A stretch of 64,000 bases of DNA. It comes from Vicugna vicugna (lineage: Eukaryota). Location of the stretch: NCBI GenBank assembly GCA_013265495.1, contig MU057584.1, positions 536,608 through 600,607 on the forward strand, read 5' to 3'. Positions 44,803 to 56,738 of the stretch are shown piece after piece; position 1 is the first letter of the stretch; each line of letters opens with the position of its first letter. Position numbers and translations under genes: made by a program. The notes beneath the pieces are model-generated. The model was not told the origin of the DNA. It searched no databases and saw nothing but the letters and a program-made list of their open reading frames with translations.

Positions 44803-47447
44803 CTGCAGAAGAGAGGAGGGCCGGGGGTTAGTGGGATGGGCAAGTCAGAGCAGCTCCAGCTCAGGGCTGCCAGCTGGACACCTGCTGTGGGAGAGGCTCT
44901 CTTCCAGGGGCTGAGGAGGCAGTGCTAAGAAGAGGCGAGGCTCCCTGCCCTCGGGAAGCTGATGTTCAGAGATGGGCAGACAGACAGATAAGGAGCAAGG
45001 AAAACCCATGGAGTGGATGATGAGGACATGGAGGTTCTCTTTTTGTGTTTGAAAATCTTCAAGAAAAAGTTAAAAGCTAAAGCAGAGTGATGGATGGGGG
45101 CCTGCTAAGTTATTGGGATCAGGAAGGCCTTGCTGAAGATGTGATCCAATTCAGTGTGCTGGACACCCTGCCACTCAGCCCCCTCTCACCACTTTACTTC
45201 AAGACACAAAATAAGACGTCCATTTTCCAAATGGGAAAATTGAGGCAAAGAGATGTCTCCCCAAGTTCCCGTACCTTGGAAGGGGTGAAGCTAGGGTTTC
45301 AATCCAGAAACCTGGGGAGTGGGAGATGGAGGTTTTCAAAAGAAAAACTGGTTTAATAATAAAAATAGCTCTCGATTATCGAGTGGCTTTCTGGGCCAGG
45401 CCCCAAAGTCCTGGGTTCCATGCATGATCCCCTTTTCCTGCCTTACGGAGGAGGGGGCCGAGGTCTAGATGGAGAGATGGCTTAGCAGCCACCTAGAGAG
45501 ATGGGGGTGAGCTAGGACTCCCCCTCCCTCTGCATGGAACCCTCCACACTGGATGTTTTCTCTAGACCCTCCAGGTACTATCAGTAAGGTACTTCTGAGA
45601 CCGACCTGCCTTTATGTCTTGGATGGGGGTGGCTTTCCCCATGTAACACCAGGGTCAAGAGCACAGATGGGGGTTGGAGACAGCCAGCCTGGTCTGACTT
45701 CCTGCTCTCTAGCTGGGTGAACTTGGGCAAGAAATCCCTGTCTCTGAACCTCAGTTTCTTCATTGGCTAGATATGAGCACCCAAGGGGTCTTCTCCCTTT
45801 TAGAGGTTGCTGTGACCTCAAATAGAGAATGGCTGAGTTTGGGTCCATCAAATCCTCAGTAAACAGCTGAAGCGTCCACAACTCTCCCAAGTTCAAGGGC
45901 CTGGGAAAGTTTTGTTCCAATGATCCCATCACGGCTCCTCCCTTGCCCATCAGGCCACCCTCCCTGCTCCAACTTTACAGCTAAGCCAATTACAACTCCT
46001 CATCCCCTCTCCCACCACAGGACCCTCTCCCAGGCCTAGCCCTAAATACAATTCCATTTCTCACAAATGCCAGGAGCACATGGCCCAAGGGCTGGAAGTG
46101 CATAGGTGTGGATGAGCCCCTTTTGGTCATCACTAACCAAAAGCTCACCATGAGTCTAGCACCAAGTTAAGGGTTAATTCCCAACCAAGAGGAGGAACCC
46201 AGGTATCCAGACACCCAGGATCAGGCTCAAAACAGGGGCTTCCCAGCATGCAGGCTGGGAGATTCCATCAGGGAGGGAAGCCAGAAGCCCCTTCCCTGGC
46301 TCTGGGCAAATGCCCAGCTCCTCAATCAGAGGTGATAAAGAGGTGGGAGAGGGTGAAAACATCCCCAGTCCAGCTGGCCTCAGTTCCCCTCCCCCAGGCC
46401 GCTGCCCTCCCCAGAGGTCCCCCCTACTGCCACACTGGTCCAGCCACCTGGCCAGTTATTTCTGGCCAAGGGGGAAGGAGAAGTGAAACCAGATTGGGGG
46501 GTGGTATGTGTGGCAAATCCCCAGACCAGTCTTCTGGGGCTGGCCACACCCTGTGGGTGGCCCTCTTTCCCAGCCCGGCCCCTGCCCCCACCTGCCCCCC
46601 CCCAACTAGTCCCAGCCCTAGGACAGGGCAGGCCCTGGCCACGCCTAGGCTGCACCCGGTGGGGAGCCAGAAAGGGGAAGTAGTGCTCATTGCCCCGCCT
46701 GTCCAGCTCAGCCTCTTCTCCCACAGGAAGCCAGGCCCTTGAACCTGACACGGGGGACTGCATCCCGGCTCTACTCACCTGAGCCCTGGCAGGGGCTGGG
46801 GCCTTTAAGGAGCTGACAGCCCAGCTTCTTGTGGTCCACGAAAGCAATGATGGCCTCCAACGGGAAGGTCTGCAGGCAGCGGCCGCAGGTCAACAGATCT
46901 GGGTGTTTGTCGGTCCACGGCTGGCGGTCTGCAGGGAGGAAGCGGGTGGTGAGCATGGGGTGGGGCCAGGATGGGGGCAAGGGTTTCCGAGGGAGAGGGG
47001 AAATCCGAGGGTCGAAAAGGGGGATGGAGGCCAGGACCTGGCGAGGAAAGTAAGGTATGGGCAGGAGTTGGGGATTCGGGGGTCGGTACCCGAAAGAGGG
47101 GGTCCGCACCCTAAAGAGAGGGAAGGGAGGCGGGGCAGGGGGCGCTCACCATGAGGGTTCGGGGTCAGCGGCGTCCACTGCGCCCACTGGCTGCGCAGGC
47201 CAAGGGCATGGAGGAGGCCGCCGGCGAGCACGGGGCCGGGGGAGTGACGGGGTTCGCCCTCGAGCGGCCCCGGCGCGGGCACTTCCTTCAGGTTGAAGGG
47301 CCCCAGCCCCGGGGCCTGTAGGGGCCGCGCGTCCGACTCGGGCTTCACATCGATGACGAGGTTCCCCATCTCCATCTCGTCGTCTGAGTTGGTGGCGGGC
47401 GCAGGGTCTATTCGGCGGGGCATGCAGCCGGCCTTGCGGCGGGACAT
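43829..47447 (-). CDS. ZNF296: Zinc finger protein 296 (BCL11-related C2H2 protein), 473 aa
   Basis: Join complement 47150-47447, 46779-46928, 43829-44802 = 1422 nt. N-terminal MSRRK, CCHC finger DLLTCGRC...HKKLGC, and C2H2 fingers with HTGERPY linkers and [12 protein letters not shown] helices; position between CLASRP and GEMIN7 fits known synteny. Confidence 0.96.
46779..46928 (-). CDS. ZNF296: ZNF296 exon 2 (CCHC finger)
   Basis: cctgcag|ACCGCC...TCAG|gtgagt; [38 protein letters not shown]. Confidence 0.95.
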
Positions 47448-47610
47448 GGGGCACGGGCAGGCGGACTGGCGGGCGGAGGACGCGCCGGCCGTGCGCGCTC
47501 AGACAGAGGAGCCCAGGTGAGTGACTGCGGCGACCCGCCGCGAACTCTTACACGTGCTGGCCCGGCCCGTGGCTCCGCCCACCAAGGCGGGGCCTGACGG
47601 CAGGGACTGC
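47140..47610 (-). promoter_or_regulatory. ZNF296: ZNF296 CpG-island promoter
   Basis: CpG-dense; GC boxes (ctccgccc, ggcggggc); E-box cacgtg at 47551-47556. Confidence 0.8.
47150..47447 (-). CDS. ZNF296: ZNF296 exon 1 coding part
   Basis: [12 protein letters not shown]...WTPLTPNPH; donor CATG|gtgagc on the minus strand. Confidence 0.94.
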
Positions 47611-48204
47611 CCCACCCTCAGCCAAACTCAATCAGGACAGTACCCATTGCGTTTTGCTCAGTGATCAAACCTTCAGGAGACCGAGTTCACACAGTCACGC
47701 ATAATAACAGCCATTCCTGATCGCGTTTTAGGGCTGGTGGAAATTGAGGCACAAGGTGTCCACTCGCCCCCACAGTGAGAAAATGGTAGGGGCCACGTTT
47801 CTAACTTGGCGCCTGACCGTAATCGAATCTATTCCATTAAATGCATTACAATCAAGATTCCTTGGGCAAACGTGAATTGAGCTCCTACTGTGTGGCAGTT
47901 GTGGACTTAGCACTGGGGACAGCAGGGGACAAAACAGACAATAACCCTGGTCTCACGCAATTTACTCATTCAGGGAGACAGACTCTCACTCAACAAGATA
48001 ACTAGGTATAATATAGAATGCCTTCCAGGATGACAAGTGTCATGAAGCAAAATAAAGCTAGGAATGGTTATTAAGGGACAGGATTACTGGGGTGGAGGGG
48101 GTCTCAATTTTCTCCCTATGTCAGGGCAGGGCATGGTGGAGTTGGGACCTGAGGGAGTCAGCCAGCCAGCCTGTGCATTTAAGGAGTTCTGTACTGATTA
48201 AGTT

Positions 48205-48316
48205 CTTTTTTAAAAAAAATTATTGAAGTACAGTTGATTTACAATGTTTTGTTAGTTTCAGGTGTACAGCAAAGTGATTCAGGTATACATATATGTGTAT
48301 ATATTCTTCTTTAGAT
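48205..48316 (-). mobile_element. Very short 5'-truncated L1 3' end (cetartiodactyl-type)
   Basis: ttattgaagtacagttgatttacaatg...tttcaggtgtacagcaaagtgattcag; TSD tgtactgattaagtt/tgtactgatgaggtt. Confidence 0.7.
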
Positions 48317-49679
48317 TGTACTGATGAGGTTATATTGATTGAGTTTTGTGAGAAGATGGGGTCAGATTCAAAGAAGTCTTTTGACCATTTTAAAGTCTTT
48401 TGGAGCCTTGGGAGGGTTTTGAGCAGAGGAGGGTTGTGATCACATACATTTACCTTGTTCTTAAACTTGGAATCGCTATTAAAACCAGATAGCCAAGTGT
48501 CTGGTTTCCCTTCACCAGGGCCTCCTTAAACTTCCCTCCTCAAACAGCTCTCTGATCACTATTTGAAGTGGCATCAACACCCTGCCCCACCCTCCAACCC
48601 TTCAAGTTTTCTTCCTGGCACCGACCACATCACAGTACAGAATTGTTGGTTGTCCTCTTGCCCCTCCCCCCAACATAACCCCCCAAGGTCAGGGCCAGGG
48701 TCAGTCCTCCTCTGAGTGTCCCCAGTCCAGCACTACGGGAATTTCACATGCTAATCTCCTGGAGTGCTGCTGCAGGCCCGAGGGTTCCTCATATTGTTAT
48801 TCAGGCCTCAGCTCAATTGTCCTCCAGAGAGCAGAGGACCTCCCTGACCACAGTATCTAAAGTAGCCCCACCCTGCTGAAGGCCTTCCAATTTACACTCC
48901 ATGACCTCCATCTGTCCCGAGTTCCCTCCGGGGCCTCAGGTTTCCCAGCTGTTACCTGAGGTGGCTTCCTCATCAATGCCACCTCCCCTGACCACCCCAT
49001 TAAATGTCTCCCAAGCCTGCCACCCGCTATCCCATTGACCTTATTTTATTCCTTTTACAACCTCATCAAGCCCTGAAGGATCTTGTTGATGTGTTTACTC
49101 AAGTTCTGTTCCTCTCAGGCTTCCTAGAATTTAGGTTCTGAGACCACTGGGGCCTAGTCTGTCTTATTCACAGAGCTCCTAACTATTCATAGTTCAGTCA
49201 ATAAACCGTGTATTGAGCTCCTGCTAAATGCACCCTTTCAATAGATATTTGCAGAGGGCCTGTGGACCAGGCTCTGGGGCTTGGGGGTCTGGTGGGAAGC
49301 AGAGGCCCTCAAGGTCCCTGCCTTAATGAAACCATGTGGAAGTGAATTCTGAGCCTAGAGCAGTGTGTTTCCATGGGACCTCAGGCCAGACACTCACCTT
49401 TTAGGGCCTCAGTTTTCCCCTTTGTCAGATGGGGCTGCAGGGAGGGCTGCAGAAGGAAACCAGTGCCTCTGGTCTATCCCAGCTGCTGCGTGGCTGCTGA
49501 GAGCTTGATCTCAAGGTTTCAAGTAGGGGAGGTGGGGTTCGAACTGGAGGTGAAGGGCAGGACTGTGCACGTGTACAGGAGTGGGGGGTGGGGGTGCCAA
49601 GATCAAACTTCTGCCCTTAACTCAGAAGGAGGAAGTCTTCCCCTCTCTGAGCCTCAATTTCTTCTTCCGTAAAATGGGC

Positions 49680-50110
49680 ATCCTGGACGCCCTCACCTCG
49701 CAGACTAAGCGCCCGGCCAAGCCGCCGTGGGGGTGGCGCCCCGGTCTGTGCTCGCTTCCGAGCCCTCGACCACGTGGGGCGGCGGCGGCGCCAGCGGAAC
49801 CCAGGCTCGGCGGCTCGCGGCCCGCCCGGGCCTCTGCAGCGGAGGCGCTGGCGGAAGTGGGGACGCCGGCCGCCGCGGACCTCGGTGAGTGCGGGAGTGT
49901 AGCGGGTGGGTCGTGAGCACGTTCCCGCTCCCGGGCCCCGGCCCCGGACGCCCACCCGCGCGCAAGGCCGGGAGTGGCGGAAGGGGCAGGTCCGCGCGTG
50001 CAAAGGAGGCTGCTGGGACGTTCGGGTCCCCGAAGACCTGCACCCGGGACTTGGGTCCCCAACGCAGCAGTGGAGACCTTCCCGCTCCCAGCGAGGGGTG
50101 GGGTTCGGGG
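49680..50110 (+). promoter_or_regulatory. GEMIN7: GEMIN7 CpG-island promoter and non-coding exon 1 (donor after 49884)
   Basis: CpG-dense; ETS site gcggaagtgg at 49851-49860; E-box at 49771-49776; donor TCG|gtgagt at 49885. Confidence 0.8.
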
Positions 50111-52290
50111 GGGGGGTAGGGAGGAATGAGCTCCCTCGAGAAAATAATGACGATGACTATGCTAACAGTAATAACGGCTGCAGTCATCAGTCTCCCGCCT
50201 TTCCTGGAGTGGCATCGCTCGCCTGATCTGAGCCAGGTAGTGGGAAGAACGTCCAGCCCAGGGCAGAGTGGGAAGTGGACGCCTGAGGGTCGGGAAGACC
50301 TACTTAGTATAAGAAAAGGAGAGCGATGGGTAGCCAGGGCGGAATTGAATGGAAACTGACCAGGGCGTGGGGGCAGGGAGGGAGGAATCCGTGCTTGGGG
50401 TCCTGATCCTCTCGGGAGGCCCCATTTAACTAATTTGCATCCAGACGGGGCCATTCCTGGGGTGTGTGTGGGCAGGTCAGTACCGGGGTTAATTAGGTCT
50501 GGGGTCTTCACTGTTAACTTGGTAACTTACCTGGTTTCCCACCCTTGCAACGGAAGTGTTAGCGAAATGTTTGTGCACTGATGCGGTCATTCCCATTTTC
50601 TTGAAAGTGAGTGCTGAGGCCCCAAAGAAGGAGATCTCTGAATCTGCTGTCCCTGCCATTGACCGAAGTGATGGGCACTTTAGTTTTTCTAGTGGGGAAT
50701 GGGTTTGGACCTTTTTTCCTGAATCCTGGGCAGGAAATCCTTGGCTTGGAGACTGAAAGGATAAAGGACTCTCAGACTTGGTCATCAGGGAGAATGGATA
50801 ATGCCTGCTTTGGCTGTCTTGGCCACACCCTATATGACCTTTCTCAGACCAGTTTCTTATCAGGTCACGCCTTGCCTCCCAAATCTCCAACGGCTCCCCT
50901 GTGCTAGCTGAAGACACTACCCTTCTGCACAGGGCAGGAGTGAGGGCCTTGGCTCTGTGGTCAGACCAGTGGGTTTGCTCCCTTTTTCTGACAGTCATCA
51001 GCTGGCACCCAGTAAATGATTTGGCATCTTGCAGCTTCAGTTTCCTCTTCAGGAAAATGGGTATTGTGCTGCTATGACCAAATCTGTTTTTTTTTTTTCC
51101 CTAATGGAGAAACAGAGCCTATGCTGGCCCACTTTTAATTTTGTTTTATCCAGGGATTTAACATAACTCTTTGGCGACTTGTTTAATTCCCAGCAGTCCT
51201 TTATTAAGTCCTAGCCCTAGAGAGGACACTCCAGTGTTAACCTAGGTTGGGGGAAAGCCCTGGGGGCTGATGACCCTTGACTAAACTGGGAATGCAGTGA
51301 TCAGATACAGTACACAAATCTATGTCTCTTAATCCCATTCACCTCAGTAGTAGTGAGATACAGAAAAGGTATAAATCTCATCAGTCCCATTTACTGCAAT
51401 CTGGCCCATCAGGCAAAAACCCTGGCTCTGTTCAGTTCATTAGCAAATAGTGAGGGCCCTCAACTCTCAAAACCTACCCTAATTGACCACTTCTCCCCAC
51501 CCGCACTGCCCCCACCCTGTCCCAGGCACTCTCACCTGCCACCCAGAGGATCGCGGCAGTGATGTCCTCATGGGGCTCCCTGCTTCTCCCTCTGCGCCTC
51601 GCAGTCCAAGCCTCTGCAGCAGGCAGAGGGATCCTGTGAACCCGAAAGTCAGAGCCTGCCTCTCCCCTGCTCAGAACTGGCCCATGGCTCCTGACTCTAT
51701 GAGAGTAGAGACCCAAGTTCTCACCATGGTCGGTCCTCAAGACCCCTGCATGCTCTCCCTCTGCCCCCACCTGCACACTGGCCTCCTTGCTGAGCCTCAG
51801 TCACCTTTCTATGAGCTTTGCATTTGCTGTTCCCTCTGCCTGGAATGCTTTCCCCTAGATCGCCACGTGGATCCTTATAACCTTATCAGGGAGCTCTTCC
51901 CTGAGCCCCTTCCGGAAACCACCTCTTACCCTCCAGGCAGGCCCAGGTGTCCCCTCTGGGCTCCCAAGTCCCCCTGAGCTCCTTTATTCCAGCCCTGCCC
52001 ACTCTGGGTCATCACTGTCTGCAGACTGAGTCTGTGTCATCGCCTGGACTATGAGCCCAGGAGGGCAAGGCCAGGCTCTTTCTCTCCCAGCTGTGTCCCT
52101 AGCACCATCCAGCATGGGCTGGGCACAGAGCAGGCGCTTGAATAATGGGGGTTAGTGGGTACTTCCACAAATATTTACTGAGTTCCCCCCGATTGCCAGG
52201 CTCTAAAGGGCTGGAGATGGAGTTGTAAAGTAATCAGACATGTCCCTTCTCTCAAAGGCTTATGTTCTGTGGCAGAACATAGGCAAACAA

Positions 52291-52398
52291 GGGGGGAAGG
52301 TATAGCTCAGTGGTAGAGCACATGCCAAGCATGCAGAAGTCCTGTGTTCAATTCCCAGTACCTCTATTAAAAAAATAAACAAGTGTAAAAAAAAAAAA
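52291..52398 (+). mobile_element. tRNA-Ala-derived SINE (Vic-1-like)
   Basis: tRNA-like head, A tail, 17-bp TSD agaacataggcaaacaa/agaacacaagcaaacaa. Confidence 0.88.
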
Positions 52399-52940
52399 AG
52401 AACACAAGCAAACAAATAAATACATATTGTCAGGAGGTGATAATGCTGTGAAAGGCTATTTTCCTCCCTGTAAAGGCAATGTTTGAGCAGTGACCTGAGT
52501 GAAGTAACAGAGGAAGGTGTATCTGGCAACATATATGTCTCCCATACGGAAGAGATTTCCAGATAGTAAGAATAGCATGTGCCAAGGTCCTGAGGCAGGA
52601 ATGTGCTTGGCATGTTCAAGGACTAACAACAGCGACCGAAGGGTAGGAAGTGAGAACAGAGAGGTAATAGGGCCTTCTAGCCATTGTGAGGACTTTGGCT
52701 TTTGCTCTGGGAGAGGCGGGAGCCATGGGAAGTGCTCTGAACAGAGGAGGGGTGTGATCGTACTTAGTTCTAACAAGAGGATCCCTCTGAGCAAAGTGGG
52801 GAACAGACTGGGATGAAGATGGGGGTCAGGAGCCCAGTGTGGAGGCAACTGAAATAGTCCAGATGGGAGGTGATGGTGGCTGGACCAAGGAGGGGCAGAA
52901 TAAGGGTGGTCAGAAATTCCCAGATTCAGGATGCATTTTT

Positions 52941-53026
52941 TTTTTTAATGGAGGTACTGGGAATCAAACCCAGGACCTCCTGCATGCTAAGCATGCTCCT
53001 ACCACTGAGCTATTACCATCCCTTCC
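52941..53026 (-). mobile_element. tRNA-Ala-derived SINE (Vic-1-like)
   Basis: Reverse head; TSD atgcattttt at 52931-52940 and 53027-53036. Confidence 0.85.
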
Positions 53027-53836
53027 ATGCATTTTTGAAGGTGGAGCTGATGAGCTTTACTGAAGGATTGGCTGTAGGTAGGAGAGAAAGTGAAGAGTCC
53101 AGGATACCTTGGGATGTCCTTTGCCTATGTGATCACCAGCCTCCCCCTGAAAGATTCTTCTGACAGCCTTAGGGGGTCTTTGTATGTTTTATTTCACAGA
53201 TGAGGATCCAGAGCAGGGAGGCAGCTCCAAGAATTGCAGTCATTTGCCTAGATTGCTAGTAGTGAGTCCGGGAAGGCTAGGACCCACCTGGTGTCCCTCA
53301 GTCCACACCTCCATCCTCTGTGCCTGGTGGTAAGCTGTGGCCTGTTGCTTGTTCTTGTGTGGATTGAGAGCTCAGAGTGGATTTTACATTTTTAAGTAGT
53401 TGGAAAACTTTAAACAAATTTTCTGCAGCTCATGAAAGTCTATATGATTCAGATATCAGTGTTTCAACAAGTAAAATTTTATTGGCGCGCAGCCATGTTT
53501 CCATAGTGTCGGGCTGTTTTCTTGCTACTCTGGCACTTATGAAAGAGAGCCTACGGCCCACGACTCCTAATATATTTACCATCGGGCCCTCTAGAAAGGA
53601 AATTTGCTGACCTCTGCTATCTGTTCTGCTAATAAGGATTCAATTTGGGCAACCAATAGGGGTATCCGATTAGTGGGACTTGGCAGCTAGTCACCCAGGG
53701 GCTGGGAAAGGTCTGGGTCAGACAGAAAGAGGTTTAGGGAGAGGGTGACAGTAAGGATAGGTGAAGAAGTTCAGATTTCTGAGGGAGGATCTAACTTGGG
53801 GACATGGAAGCATTACAGTATGTCCCATCCTTTTTA

Positions 53837-53944
53837 TTTTTAAATTTATTATTATTATCATTTTTTAATGGAGGTGCCGGGGATTGAATCCAGGACCTCA
53901 TGCATGCTAAGCATGCGCTCTACCACTGAGCTATACCCTCCCCC
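53837..53944 (-). mobile_element. tRNA-Ala-derived SINE (Vic-1-like)
   Basis: Reverse head close to tRNA-Ala(AGC); TSD tcccatcct(t/c)ttta. Confidence 0.88.
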
Positions 53945-54218
53945 AATCCCATCCTCTTTAAAGTTAGAATTTAAAAATTCTTTTGAATAGGTCATACAAA
54001 TTCAAAACAGATACAACTTCAAACAGAATTCAAAAGATACAAAAAGGTAGGCAGCCAAAAGTCTCCACCCCGGATCCTTCATGGACTGAATGGCCCGTGT
54101 GCGTGTGTGGTGTTCATTGTTACCGTGCAGCTGCCCCTCTATGAGGGATCTGAGAGGTTGTGAATCTGTTCATGTGTTCAGTGATCATCTTACGTGCCCT
54201 CCACCTGTCTGTCTACAT

Positions 54219-54585
54219 CAGTGGTTCTCAATCAGATGTGATTTGGGGGGACATTTGGCAATATATGGAGAAATTTTTCTTTTTCCCTTAACGGAGGTAG
54301 TGGGGATTGAACTCAGGACTTGTGTGTGCCAGGCACGTGCTCTATCACTGAGCTCTACCCCCCACCCTCTGTTTTTTTCAAATGGCTTTATTGGAATTGT
54401 AATTCTCCTACCAGACTATTCACCAATGGAGACATTTTCAGTTGTCACAAGTTGGGGGAGGGATGTCAGACACTGCTGGCATCTAGTGGGTAGAGGCCAG
54501 GGGTGCTGATAAAACCTTCCACCTAAGCACAGGACAGCCTCCCACAGTGCGACAGGGAATGATCCAGCCCCAAAAGTCAACAGTT
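54219..54585. mobile_element. MER20-like hAT DNA transposon interrupted by a tRNA-derived SINE (about 54272-54367, minus)
   Basis: cagtggttctcaa...gggacatttggcaat...ctggcatctagtgggtagaggccaggg; SINE head in between. Confidence 0.75.
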
Positions 54586-54793
54586 AATCACTTTAAAGAG
54601 GGGGGACAAAGTCACAGGGCAGCCTGAAACTTCGGTCCTTCTCTCTTTCTCTTCCTGCCTACAAAGCCAGCATTTCCCTGCATGCCATCAACATCAGTGC
54701 AGTGACACGTAATATGTTACAGGCGACTGCTAAGCTTGCACATTTGTTAGGTCATTTAGTCCCCATGACAACCCTGTCAAGTTGGTCCTCTTT

Positions 54794-54882
54794 TTTTTTT
54801 TTAAATGGCGGTACTAGGGATTGAACCCAGGACCTTGTGCATGCTAAGTATACCCTTTACCACTGAGTTATACCCTCCCCCC
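54794..54882 (-). mobile_element. tRNA-Ala-derived SINE (Vic-1-like) inserted in a MIR
   Basis: Perfect 13-bp TSD gttggtcctcttt at 54781-54793 and 54885-54897. Confidence 0.88.
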
Positions 54883-56738
54883 ATGTTGGTCCTCTTTGCA
54901 CCCCCATTTTACAGATGAGGAAACTAAGTCACAGACTGGTTAAGCAACTTACCCTCGGTCACATGGCGATACTAATACAGTTGTTATTCAGCTGTAACTA
55001 ACTCTTATGGAGAACCTAGTATGTAGCAGGCCCTGCATGAGGCTGTGAATCCTCATAACAAGCAAAGGTGGCAGTTGGTCCCATTTCTCCTCCATGTAGT
55101 AGAGGAGGAAAATGTCTCTTGCTTGAGGTCACCCAGCTGAGGAGACCTGGGAGCTCAATTTCCTCTCCATTCATTGGAGCAGAGACAGTATTTCAGGAGC
55201 CTGGTCTCTGTGCCACTCAGTGTTCCAGGAGCTGGTGATACAGCCATAGGCAAAGAGCAAGGTTCCTGCCTGTGGAGAGGCAGCCATCTCACAGGGAAGA
55301 AAGATCATAAGCAGAAAAGTGAATATACCAGGTCATGTCCAGGAGTGATGTGTGTGCTGCAAAGAATGATAAAGCTGACTGAGGGGATGGACGGGGCTGA
55401 GGGGCGGATCTTTAGCACAAGATGGTCAGGGAAGAGACAGAGGAGGTACAGGCAGAGGGGACTGCAAGGCCCACGAAGGGACTGTGTCAGGGTGCTCAAG
55501 GACCAGAGAGGAGGCCAGTGCGGTTGCGTGGTGCTGGAGAGGCTGAGAGTGCTGGCAGGATCCAGAGCACACAGGGCCTTGAGGGCTGCGGTGAGGACTT
55601 TGGTCTTGACCCTAACTGAGATGGAAGCCAAGGGAGGGCTCCAAGCAGAGGAGGGATGTGATCTGACTTGGGTGTTAACAGAGTCCCTCTGGGTGTGTTT
55701 GGGGACAGACTAGCAGGTGAGGAAGGTGAGAGTGGGATACTGGTGAGGAGTTGACATCAGCAGTCCAGGCCTATGCAGTGATGGTGGCTGGACCAAGATG
55801 CTGGCAGTGGAGCAAGTGAGACATGTTACGTTGTGAGTATATATATATATATATATTTTATATTCCTCTACTCCCAGGCCTTTCTTTGTCTTTTATGATC
55901 TTGATATTTTTGAAAAATCAAGCGAAGTTTTTTGAAAAGAATGTCCCTCAATTTGATTAGATTCAGGTCATCCATTTTTGGCAGGAATATCACAGAAGTA
56001 GTGCCCGGTCCTCAGTGTGTCACATGAGGGTACATGAGGTATTTATTGGTCCCATCACTGCACATGTTGGCTTTAAAAGCCCAAGTTAGGGTGGTGTCCA
56101 CCAGGTTTTTCAACTATAAAGTTACTCTTTCCTCTCGACAAGGAATACCTTGTGAGGAGGTACTTTAAGACTGTGTAGCCAACCTGGACCTACTCAGATG
56201 TTCTTCCACAAGTGTTAGCATCCATTGATGATTCTGGCTGCCACTGTATGGTAAGGATTTTCCCCTTCCCCCTTTATTTATTTATAATAAGCATGAACTC
56301 ATGGATTTCTGTTTTATTCAATAAGTTATAATCTGTAACTATCATTTTATGAATTGTTCCAGAGTTGGCCCTTTCAGTCTGGCTCCTGGGTGACTGGGAA
56401 TTTATTTGGAAGATAGTACTTCCTGATGGATTGGATGGGCTGTGTGTGAGAGAAAGGAGGCCAGGGTTTGTTCTTTCAGCAAATATTTGTTGCCAGGGAA
56501 TGGGGGTAAAGCTATGATAAAAGCAGGGCAAAGGCCCTGCTCTCATGGACCTTGTGAACGGTGGGCCAGGTCCTGGGAAGGAGGGTACTGGAGGAGGGAT
56601 CAGGATTTGGGTTTTGGACAGGTTGAGATGGGGTAGATGGGGGTAGACAGGCCTCTGTGCCTATTCCTCCTTCTTCCTGTAACCCCAGACTCCTCATAAT
56701 GGCTCCCTATTCCTCTTCTTCACCCAGCAGCCAGGATA

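Noticed and set aside
44258..44914. 218-aa plus-strand ORF and neighbouring ORFs
   Set aside because: Antisense to ZNF296 exon 3; stop-poor because of high GC3.
47146..47454. 102-aa alternative-frame ORF over ZNF296 exon 1
   Set aside because: Starts at GTG, not ATG; CpG-island composition explains the open frame.
49705..50511. 268-aa minus-strand ORF
   Set aside because: Spans the GEMIN7 CpG island; no recognisable domain; long ORFs are expected at this GC content.
50840..50945. Possible non-coding GEMIN7 internal exon
   Set aside because: Acceptors (50847, 50863) and a donor (50940) are plausible, but boundaries cannot be fixed without transcript data.
53868..53944. Possible genuine tRNA-Ala(AGC) gene on the minus strand (and similar copies elsewhere)
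   Set aside because: It has an A-rich tail, target-site duplication, altered 5' end and B-box (GGATTC), and belongs to a dispersed family, so it is a SINE.
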